Shown in pieces: positions 14,340-25,420 of a stretch of 64,000 bases of DNA. The DNA comes from Fimbriosthenelais zetlandica. Its lineage: Eukaryota. Both the position numbers and the translations under genes were made by a program. The first letter of the stretch is position 1; each line of letters begins with the position of its first letter. Under the pieces are notes generated by a model. It did not search any database and was not told the origin of the DNA. It saw nothing but the letters and a program-made list of their open reading frames with translations. Where the stretch lies: positions 19,964,001 through 20,028,000 of the forward strand of contig OZ365114.1 in NCBI GenBank assembly GCA_977030845.1. Direction: 5' to 3'.

Positions 14340-14520
14340 CCTGACCAGCAAGTTTCATCACCAATAAGTGTCAGAAATCTGGGTCAGAATGAGTATACAT
14401 TCTCATCAAGACAAGCTTCTGTATACATCAAGGAGCTATGTGCTGTTACATGTATAGGCTGCCCCAGGTATCATTATCCTACCCAGACAGAACCAGTCCC
14501 AGGGTGGATGATGAAAATGA
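14340..14520 (+). mobile_element. L2-type LINE RT C-terminal remnant
   Basis: VSSPISVRNLG (SVRNLG at 14367-14384) matches the L2 hallmark i.ps..VRNLGv.fD. Confidence 0.45.
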
Positions 14521-15399
14521 GATGAGAAATTACAGTCAAAGTTTACATGTCATGCCATGGATATAAAGTGTTTCTGCTTCGTACACCAGTGCGAAGTTTT
14601 CCTCTCATAGAATCTTATACACTAGATTAATGTGATTTATCCCCCACATAAACCCTATACATGCCCCTTCAACACAAGTTGCATTATGATTTTGAATTCT
14701 GGAGGGTTTTTGGCTACTAACTGGGTTATCTGAGGCCAGCCATAGATCTCACCCACTGACAAAAGGGATGTTAAAAATACCATTTCTCATTTGATAAGAG
14801 CAGGTGGGTATGTTGGCCATTTTCGTCCCTTCCACTGTATCATATGACCGATCATGGTCCCAAATGGCCTCCACCCTGAGACTATTTTTCTATATTATAT
14901 TCATTCGATGAAAATGAATTTGTGGTGATGGAAGTTTTACTATGTAAATTGGCTTGTATTGGGACTTTGCCGTAGGTATACGTAAAACCTGTTTACAGAA
15001 TATTTCGCTGTAATTGTATGCTGCTAATTTGTAGGTAAGGAGCTACCATGTTCCAGCACTTCCCCCTGAAGAGTCATGTAAATCTCTTTGCAAGTGACAT
15101 TTAAATGCCCCAGGCTATATGTTTTTATGATTCTATACATTTACTTCACTTCATCTTCAAGTGATACATTTCGAGAGGAGTGTTTCGCTGACAAGGAGAA
15201 AGTAAGGGAAAAAACGTGATGGATAGCCTCATTAATCCAATCTGCCTTGTCCAAATGTCAATAGTTGAAGGCCGATATATTTTAATTGTGAACGGCCCAG
15301 GTGGTCTCATATATTGCCTGTGATTTTGTGGGTCTGTATCAAATTTATAATAATATCATGATATATAACTGCAATAGAGCACTGGCAGAGCACACCTTA

Positions 15400-15700
15400 T
15401 CTTGGCCCTGTCCCCTCACACCTACCCTCTTTCTGACACATCCTTCATTCACCCTTCATTTGCGACTCTCCCTTCATTGCCTATACACCCTTGGATCTCC
15501 TCCCTTTGAGTGCCCTCTTCCTGTAACAGTCGATTCCCCTGTGCTTTCCTTTTGTAATTCATTTCATTTCGCCCTTGTTCTCTAATTCTCTTTTTATTCT
15601 TCCCATTCATTCTCCCCCTGTCCGCCCATGTGTCCATCCTTTCAGCACTGTATTCTTCCTTTTCCTTCCTCCATCAGTGCCTTCACAATGAAACATGGAA
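15400..15700. repeat. Pyrimidine-rich (CT) low-complexity tract
   Basis: Strong C/T strand skew across about 300 bp; similar tracts at 33200-33250, 45210-45370 and 49520-49560. Confidence 0.7.
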
Positions 15701-18649
15701 AAATAGTCCCCTCTTTAGTATTCCCAACAGTTGATGGATGGTTCTTGGATGGACCCCCTCCCCCAGCTCCAATTACGCCGCACAACTCCACCTCCTTTGC
15801 TCGTTTCGGCAAGACTTCGACCTTGCTGTCTTGAACCTTCTGACCTCTCGCCCTGCTCTCGTCATCTCGTCCAGCGTGAGATGTGGTATAGGCACAGTGC
15901 TCTCTGTATAACTTCTCCATCAAAGCCGGAAGGAGGCGCCCTGCCTTAATATTTCATCCAGCCCATGGAACAGTTAACTGTCCTTCTTTGGGTGGACATT
16001 ATTTCGGGCAGCATAATTTGTCTGTTGTCATATAGGAGGGCTTCCCACCATGTATTCACCCCCAAAATAAAGCGATGAGGCGACAGCAAACCAATCAAAC
16101 CCCTATTACAGCCCACTTTCCCATCCATTATACATGGCTGGAGGAGAGACCCATCTCATTCCTCAGGTTTCCATGAAAGACATCTCATATATAGGTCTTC
16201 ATCATTCTATCCCAACCTTATATGAGGTGATTTCTCTCATTATCATTCCAAAAACTATCTTGATGGGAGGCAAATTAGATACACTGGGAATGAATTCTCT
16301 TCATTGGAGGCAAATAATTAGTTATTGCAGCAAAAAAATGTACTAATTTAATCCATTTCTAAACCATAATATTATGTACATCTTTTTCGACACATAATAT
16401 AATGTTACATGCTTGGATGTGAGGATTATATATGAGATTACAAAACCACAATGAAAATGATTTGTATCAAGTTAAATCATATTACATGAAAGCTATCTCA
16501 CTTTATGTAACATGAAATATCATAAATTTCCTGCAGGCTGTATATTACATATTCTCCATATTGATTATAGTCCAAATGATATTGCGGTAAAAAAGAGTTC
16601 GATTTCCCCATTGCGAAAAAAAAGTGAATGTATTTTGCTACCTCCTTTTCCCGGGGCTGTCTGCAATTAGCAAAACAATTCAATCGGTCAATTACACACC
16701 GCTGCTTCCAACTGCCAACAAGAGGAGGCCTCTTTTAGTGGGCCCGATAATTTAGTGCCAATATATCTCTTTCGTGTGCAATAAATTTTCGTGGAAGCAC
16801 CCAGTTTTTAGAGAGCTTTTGTCGAGTGGGTAATTGCTATGTCTCTGACTCTGCCCCTGTGCATCGACCCCATCCATTGTGCAATGGTGGTGGGTTGCTG
16901 GTTGGGCTGGCTTCCCCCAATGCTAATCATGGCTCCTGGCTTAAGAGAAATGCATGGCTTAAGATCGAGGCAGTATGTTGGGCAACAAACTATTGCTATG
17001 ACATGATATTGCTTTTATCAGATTATTTGCCCGGCATTTCCCTCTTCATCAGATCGTTATTCCTCTTTGTAGTGCATGTTTAATAATAGTTGACTAGATT
17101 TGTGGAGACCGAAATGTAAGAAAATGGGAAGTCAGACAAAAACCTGAATTTCTTTTATTCCCTGAAATGATCAATTCTTAAGATATTATAAAGAAAAGAC
17201 AGTCTGATGACGTGGATGGATGTTTACTTGCTCCATATGCAAGCTGCCATTTATTGGTAGAACCTTGTAGTTGCTCTACTCACGTAATAACATACAAAGC
17301 CTATAAGGTGATTTCCCATGGTCTGTCAGACACTGGAGATGTAGCATGCATTCAACCATAATGTCGAGGAATGAGACTGTGTGAAGAATTGATGGTTGAC
17401 GTCTGTGTTATTCCAAGAAGCTTATGTGTTTGCGTGCTCGTCATTTAGCCACGTCAATAAAATCCGTGCCTCGGGGGAATTACCAACGTGGCCAGCAATG
17501 ATGACAGATATGACAAGACTAGCTAGCTGAGGCTGTGTTTATATGAGTATGAAGGAGATGGCATGGCTACAGTCCATGAGGGTGACCACCACACAATGTT
17601 TGCCTCACATGCACATCATTGTTCATCATTATTAGCGTATAAAGATCATTCCTTTACCAACAAGTCACAGTTTCATAAGGCTGCTTCCTGCATGTCTGAT
17701 TACCTCTAAGCCCATTTTATAGCTCTATTAGTAGCTGTGGTATGACCATCATGAAACAACCAGAGTGCCCCTTGTAATCTAATAATTCCTGAACCTCCAA
17801 TTGTACAGGACAGTTTTTACTGATAAAATTCCAGATTTTTAGGGTGACCTGAGTCATGTCACTAATGAGTTATCTATGACACGATGCTCTCAGTTCAACC
17901 TGGATGACCCTCCCATGTTTTATTCTTTCTTTCCCTTCTGAAACCTTTAATTCCCACTCGTCCCGGACCCAAGGCCCAGGTTACCAGGCGTCTCCAGTTT
18001 CCCCCCTCCTGTTGCTGTGGAGTTAAAAAATTTGAGGGGCAGTAGGAGGAATCTGTGGCGCTGTCGACAGGGCGGCATTGGTGCTGGCAGCTGCAGCCAC
18101 AGTGATGATGGTTGCCACTGAAGATGATGCGCATTGCATGCTGGGACGACTTGCACTAATCAATTTTAGGCTGGGCACGGCTTGATTTATGCGTCGTTGT
18201 CTTCGAGTTATCATCGGTTATGAAACCTGCTCACGGGCTGGCCACAGGAGACAAGATGGGCGACTGTGAGATCTGTCTTTGACTGTTGAGAAGGGTAGAC
18301 TTCCGGTGCTGGCATTTGAGCAATGATAAGCATGTCCGGACCGTGCCAAGGTGTCTCCCTAGCTCGCTGTATATCAGCACTTAACTTTCGGCGCAATCTC
18401 CTGTGACAATGTCTTCACAAGGCTAGGCCTATATCTATAGGGCATTATAATGAGATGAATGACTTTGAAGAACTGGGTGTCTTGAGTTCAGTATGCATAA
18501 GGCCGTTAGAATGTAAGGAATATCATAGCTCCTCTCAGACCATCTCCATTCCATGGGCCACCACCCGACTCCTTTTTAACCTGTTCCAGCTGTAATCCTG
18601 CCATGGGTTGCCAAATTTATTTTGCAGTTTGTAGGCACCTGCTCTACAC

Positions 18650-18850
18650 CCGAAATGTGATGCATCTGTTCTCACGCATCAACATGGCATTGCTTAGAGA
18701 GTATGGACTAGCTTCACAGTATTACCCGCGCAGCCCGATGACCATCTCTTAATGGTGAAAGTACATTGTACTCAGCCTGATGTTGAAGCACTGTTAAATT
18801 ACAGGCCCTGCTCAGAGTGGAGGTTTACTTCACACTTTACTGCATGCTTT
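18650..18850 (-). mobile_element. Possible Gypsy integrase core remnant
   Basis: LHSEQGL*FNS resembles LHSDQG..F.S; later GNTVKLVHTL*AM resembles NG.vER.nrTL..ML. Confidence 0.3.
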
Positions 18851-21800
18851 GAATGGAGGCTGGCAGGCTGAACGCTCTTGATGAATAAGCAGTTCTGCCC
18901 GGATGTGATGAATACATGCTCGCCTGGAGATTATAATGATAAATTGTAACTGGAGACGAAGCTTGATTTAGAGGCTTTTGAGGGAAACCACAGTGGAAGC
19001 CACTTGGGCTCTTTGATAATTCATCACACTCTGCCGACTGACAAAGGATCAGTGCTGTTTTCCAGCCCCTATCTTGTTCCTGGTATCCTTTTCCCTACTT
19101 CCTCTTCTCTTTCTTTCCTAATCTCTTCCTTCGACATATTTTCTCCCCCCTAAAGGATTATGACAAGGTATTTCTGTCCTGCCAGAATCCTATTTCATCT
19201 CGGCAATGCATATAGCCTATATATGATACAGCAAAAGAACCCCCATAAACATATCTGCCAGTGACTGCAGGCAGTATGCTTTTGTTCAGCCGGGGACTGT
19301 CTGCCACACTCGCACCTGGGCCTAACGCCCCATTTCTAAAATCCTCTTGTCCTCCCAAGCCCTGGAGCACTGAACACTAGGAGAAGTACCAGAGGGCATA
19401 TGAGCAGACGGCAAGGCCTTGGTTGATAAGACCTCCTAGGCCCTGACCAGCTCCCCAGCACACAGACTGATGACGTCACAGACCCAGCAACACACTGCAT
19501 TAGAGCTCACGGACTCCTGACGTCATTGAAATCCAACAGGCAGCCTTCCTTCAGACTAGCCTGGATGTAGCAATTCCTTTCTAACTGATATGTCTTTCTC
19601 TGGAGCTTTAAATTCAAAGGAGGCTCAATATTTCAAGGAGAGTTTCTATTTATTCTCCGATTTCACTTGCACAGGCCCGGACATGCAAGTCTTTAAGAAA
19701 TCTAGTAGGCTACTCTAAACACATCCCGATGTATCATTTTCAATTTGAAATGCTACAGTCAAACACCTTATTGGTAACACATTTCTCTATCTGTATATAT
19801 ATTCTACCCTGCTCTAAGTTTACCGGTATACACTGGGTGTGGTAACCTTGAAATAATAATGCTAACATCGCACACACTATGGGCAAGGCCATGATGTTTG
19901 GCTGTGGCTTTAGTTCATGTTCGACTATAGTGCGAAATAATCACCTCCCATTTTTACAAGGTTACAACATGGTTGAAACTGCACGTGCATGTTTTATCAT
20001 TATTATGTGCAGTTTGGTTAGAATGAGAACCACCAAAACTGGTGGATTTCCTGTTCACCTTGTAGGTTGGCGTACTTGTAGGTGCTAAGGCCCATTTCCT
20101 GGCTGCTGGGGATAATGTATCAAAATAAGGGGAAGGAATGACAGATTTTATTCCTTTGCCATGAAGCTGAAACAACTCGTCGCCCTTAGTTAAGTTGTGT
20201 GGTAAATCAAGCCCACGTGCCCGTCTTAGCTATTTGAAAAGCGGAGGTGTTACAGGGGAAATGGTGGCCCCATGGCAACCAATATATCCACGCACGTGCA
20301 TGTATGTCCTACATTATGCCACTCATTCCAAATTTGAAAAACGATTAAAAATAAGTAAATGCATAACAGGTGGGTCAGTCTGTGCCATTTTAGCAATATC
20401 AATCTTGTCTCTGGTCAGTTGCATTCATGCAGCTTCCTGCTCAGTACGTGCCCACATGATCTTGAATACATGAAAGCATGTATAATGCACGTGTATTACA
20501 TTTGTATAGTGTAGGATCTGTCATATATACCTCAAGTTACTACCACTCGTAACACTTTCCATCTGCTCTCTATAGTTGCCTCTTTATTAGATAAAATGTC
20601 CCGCTCATAACCTAAATCGTAGGCCTGGTTTTGATTCCTGTATTATAAAGGAATGAACACTCGTAGGTAGCAATCCAGTGAATTATGTTTCCTGGAAAAT
20701 TCTGTTTACATGAAAAAAACCGCATAAAATACAGGCCGGTATACTTGAGGTATGTGCATAGCAAAAACTCCTCTCCTATGTAGATTTACAGCATGCACAA
20801 TTCATGCCACAGATCTTAGGGTTTCAGGGTGAATCCCCTGCACCTGTTGAGCAGGGAGGAAACGGAGCCTCTATTTTGTGAGGTAGTCTGCCAAGTTGTA
20901 TCAGTTCAAGACTCTTCTAAATTGATTCGAAAAGGCACGTGCAGGAGCAGGAAAAGTACAAGACCCTAGAAAGAAAAAATGAATTTTCTAGTCCGAAACA
21001 GTTGATTGATATCAAACTATAATTTATATGTGCGAATTTATGTCCCTCCAAATATATCTAGGACTTGATACATGTCTTATCGAGACATCCAGCCCATGCA
21101 TGCAGTCCCTGATGCAGCTGCAGGATAATTTAGAATTAACCCTGCACAGTATATACCTCAAGATGACTTCCTCTGTCTCCTGGGCATAGTTCCTCTGTAT
21201 TGATCCTGGTCACAGGATCCCTGGCTAATTATATACCATCACGTTATACTGGACTTTCTCTGCACGATCTCTCATCAATGGTGGACGTCATGAACTGTAG
21301 CATCCTATAGTTAACAAATCTCTACCCTGACACTGGCTAATACTGACCCCCTAACAGGGGTTGTTTACTTGGGTCAGGGGAGCCGAGCCCTTTGGTCCAT
21401 TACCATGATTGAAGGGCAGAATCCATGTTTTGTCCACCTGTTCCCCTGATTTGCAGTGTTCGGCCATTATTATTATACTTTGAGTGATCAGGCTAGAAAC
21501 TTATCACATCCAACAAATTTATAATATTCCCATGGCTAAAATATTTTGAGTTGTTTCCCGTCTGTATTTGAGTGGGCTATCATATTTCAATTGTCATTTT
21601 CCCCTATTCCTCATTCAAGATAATATATAACCAACCAAAACAAAGATTGTCTACCTTTTGAATCATCGGGAAATTCATGTTTTGGAGAAAATCGTTGGTA
21701 GCAAAAGTTATTAGTTGCTAAAAGTATATGACAAAGAGTGGTAGCATTATGTACTTTATTGAGACATACTTATCCTTCTTCCAAGCCTTTTAAAAGAGAT

Positions 21801-22199
21801 AAAAAAACATCAGATAAAAAACCTTTTCAGGAGAAGACATTAAAAGGTGTGTATCACGAAAGCTAATCTGTCAACGCCACTGACTAAGCCAGATAAAAAA
21901 ACACTGCCTCCTCTCAGAGCGTGCCTTCTCTCAGTGGCTTCCACTGAAGCAGCGTGTTATTCTATTGCGTTCCAGGGATATCAGAATCCTGACGTCATCA
22001 GTTTCTTCACTATAGAAGCGTACCTGTAGGAAGCACCATTATGTCTCTCTTGTCTCTGTCATTCCTGGCTTTAGTCTTTGATGATGTGTAGACATGGGGG
22101 TCTTTTATCCTCTAAGGGCCGAGACGGAGGAAGGAAAGATGTATATATAAGGGATTTCAAAATGTGACCCAGGCAGACAGACAGGCTCTTTATAAGATG

Positions 22200-23100
22200 A
22201 CCTCTGACTGCTTGTTGCATTGCCTTTTGGATATATACTATTGGTTCTTTTCATAAAACGCATTAAATCCATATTATAAAGGTGACCTAGCTCCTTACTA
22301 TTATGGTGTTCATATCAACCTGAAGTATCATCTTCTTGACCTTTAAGCCCATCCTATCCTCTTTACCTGTTACCTAGACCTACAGTCTGCCCCTAATTGA
22401 CTAGAGTATGCATGTTTGTCTCTGATTGATTTCGGCATATTCTAGGAATACCGCTGGGCCTTCATGCAGTTGCTGCAATATACCCTGATGAGTAGTGATG
22501 CTCTTGGAATGTGAATTATCCCAGTCAAAGATGGTGCCTCCTTAAGTCTGTGTCCTCTGAACCTTCTTACATCAATTAGACTAAATTCCTTCCAACAGAA
22601 AAGTTGTCATGACTTCACAGATGAAGATGCATGTATGTCCGTATGAATGTACAATAATTTTAGAGCCAGAAACAGACTTTTTCGTTAAGTATATTTAAAG
22701 TACTTAGCTGAGGTTCCCACATGGTTCCGACTGACTCAGAAGAGAAAGGGAGTTCAAAAGGCAGAAGCAGGGCAGCCATTTTGTGCCTATGTGGGCGTCT
22801 TTCAGATCCCACTTCTTCCTTTGTAAGCACACAAAAATGCCCTTTAAAACTTGTACATTCACAATATAGAGAACCAATTTCATTCTCGATTCCAATGCAG
22901 TGTCTTTGGTAAATAGTTTCATCATCCTCCTATGACATTCCTGCCGTTCTTTTGGGGTTATGAACGCCATGCATTGTGGCCAGACGGAGATAAGCTAAAG
23001 GTGGAAAGGGCAGGCACAAAGAGTCTTAAATGCCAGCAAGTCATTGCATATTGAAATCACTTTAGAGTTATACTTCAAAGTGGCCCAAGATTTTGTAAGA
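22200..23100 (-). mobile_element. Decayed Gypsy LTR-retrotransposon pol (RNase H followed by integrase)
   Basis: Motifs in the correct order on the minus strand: DLLAFKTLCACPFHL (ELLAiv.ace.Fh.Y, 22998-23040), LESRMKLVL...KG...DA (R.qR..L.L...G...aD), ILQQLHEG (integrase zinc-binding, 22458-22481), then a decayed DyySrF-like segment. Confidence 0.65.
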
Positions 23101-23649
23101 CTTTCGCTGTTGGCAATCAGGCTTTCACCTGTGTTCATGTGGGTTATAGGGAGGAATACTTGTTGATTTTAGTTTCCACGTACCAAGTGAAACAAATCTA
23201 TCAACATACCCTTCTTTTGTTAACTTCCGTCTCTGAAAATCAGGGTGTGGCATGTTAAATATATGCAAATAACAGGTAAATTATAAAAATATTTGCAGGA
23301 TGTAGATTCATGGGATCACCTATCCTAGCCATGATAGTTTTTGTCATTGGGTTGTTTTTTCTTTGCCAGGCCACTTTATAGATTTTTTTCCCTGACAGTG
23401 ATGGTCTGAACTCATTACCTGCTTTGCAAGGCTATTGAAGCATGTCTCCGCTTTTGATATACAGCACGCCTACTGATCGGCTAGGATCCTCAGCCCTCAT
23501 AATTGGACGGGAGTGGGGGGAAATGTGCCTTGTTATATTGGCAGTGTCAACAGCCACATTACAGCCTCCAGTTTAACACAGGCTCTCTGGAGATTACCCT
23601 AATCCCGCTCCCTGCTCTGTGGCAGGTCAGACCGCCTCCAGGTACATCA

Positions 23650-24455
23650 TCCTTCTAAGGACTTTCGTGAGTCAAGGTTTATTCAAATAGTGTGTTGACT
23701 TCAGACATCAGAGAGCCAGAATCTGAAATCAGAAGTTGCAAAATGGTAATGCAAAAATGGATCAATCTGGCTATTTAAGTCAATGAGTGGTAATTTAATG
23801 AAATGACAAAAAGGTAATAAGTTGAAGATTGAAGGATAGACATGCTGAAGAAAAACGGTAGCAGACAATCAACTGCAGTCTCCAAAGGTCAAGCATGTAT
23901 TTGTACGGCCTTTAGCAATAGTGGCCGCTATACCGTCTGTTAGTGGACTCTTGTAAGACTAGAAGGCCTCAGTCATACAATCCGCATTACGAAGATAACT
24001 GTATCTCCAGCCTATAAATAAACAAGTTTGACAAAAGCAACACACTTGGCATTTGCTATCCCTTCCATGTAAACCAACACTGAAATTATCTTTATCTACC
24101 TTTTTGGTCACATCACATTCATTCTATAGAGGCCACTGTCCCCTGTGCTTTGGGATCGTATAACACAAAACAGAACGGTTATTCATACAAGAGTGTTTTC
24201 CAGCACGGAATACGCCAAAGAAGCTATTTTTCTTTTCACTCGGTTATAATCAAGGGAAATGTTTCTCTTCGCAATTTTGTATGTTGCTGGTGGGCCTGGA
24301 TGTAATTTGGTGTAGGATATAGTAGAGCCATAAATCCCATACCCACTCATACAGTGACTCCCCCTGCCCTTCTCCAGGTCAGAATATGGGTCTTCATTCC
24401 CATTATAACCCCAGCTCCTGCGCCACCTGTCGACTCTGTGCTGCTGGAAGGGCAA
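23650..24455 (-). mobile_element. Decayed L1/Tx1-type LINE (AP endonuclease end plus RT N-terminus)
   Basis: WGYNGNEDPYSD...YTKLHPG...TY...SLDY resembles GDFN..ldp.lD...wr.lHP...T...SRiDY; KSPLTDGIAA (23932-23952) resembles KSPGpDG. Confidence 0.5.
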
Positions 24456-24949
24456 GATTCATGGCAGGAATAGCAGGGAGTCAGTGAGTACAGCAATCAC
24501 ACGCCAGGCCTGGTCAAGGTGCACCTAGTTCTCTTACTTTTCTTTTCAATGCCATCAGTAGAATATTTTAACAGTGTGTTTCACCAATTTATTCATTTTA
24601 TATCAATGAGATGAGATAGGGCCCCTATGCACATGACTCACAGAGCATAAACAGAGTGAAATAATTTATTTTCACGTTAAACAATAAACTACATACATGT
24701 ATAAGACATGACAAGTCTTGCATCATGGAACATTACACTCCCATTCTGCCCCCTGTAAAGCAAGGACCGCCCAGTAAATTCCCTTTCAATGGCACACATT
24801 TTCTGCCTTGCTTGAACCCCATTAGAAGGACGCTTGAAAACTGTACTGCCTCCATCTATGTCCATTAGATGTTCCTTGTATCCCTGTGCAGCACATGAAA
24901 GCACATGCACCCCTCTTCTTTGTGCCTGTAGACTTGTAGAAACCTTCTT

Positions 24950-25420
24950 CTACTTACCTTCTACTCTCAGACCAAAGACTCGCCAGGCTTTGTCCTCCCT
25001 ATATTCCTTTTCTCATGACCGGAAACTGGCGAGCAGGTCCAGGGTCCCTATGTCGTCATTTCCGGTGCTGCAAGAGAAGAGAGACAGCAGAGGTTCTCGC
25101 CATTACAATGTGCTCCTCACAAAGATGGAGGATTATGGTTCCTGGTTTCAGCTAGATCTAGGATCTAGGACTGGCTCTGGGCAGGAAAAGAGCATAGGAT
25201 ACCGAAAGGAATGGCTAAGGAAAAATATAAATATAAAATAGGCGGCCATGTCTTGGATGTTACCAAGAAAGACATCAATTGTCAGCCTTCTACTTGGTTT
25301 TATGCGACCTGAATCACATTCAGGAGATACACAGCTAGGCGACTTGAACATATATGTGAATATTCGGTTTGACATAATATGTCATGATGTAGCCTATATA
25401 GTCCAGAAAAGGAATTAAGA
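24950..25420 (+). mobile_element. Decayed CR1-type LINE RT
   Basis: FSHDRK...SRVPMSSFPVL (FL.dRkq...SGVPQGS.lgP.L), FQLDL (LQ.DL), KYKIGGHVLDVTKKDI (Y...g..L.v...kDLG), EYSV* (LEY...W). Confidence 0.55.

Noticed and set aside
17950-18400. LINE ORF1 zinc-knuckle relic on the minus strand
   Set aside because: Several frameshifts are needed to recover the CCHC spacing, and no adjacent endonuclease motif was found
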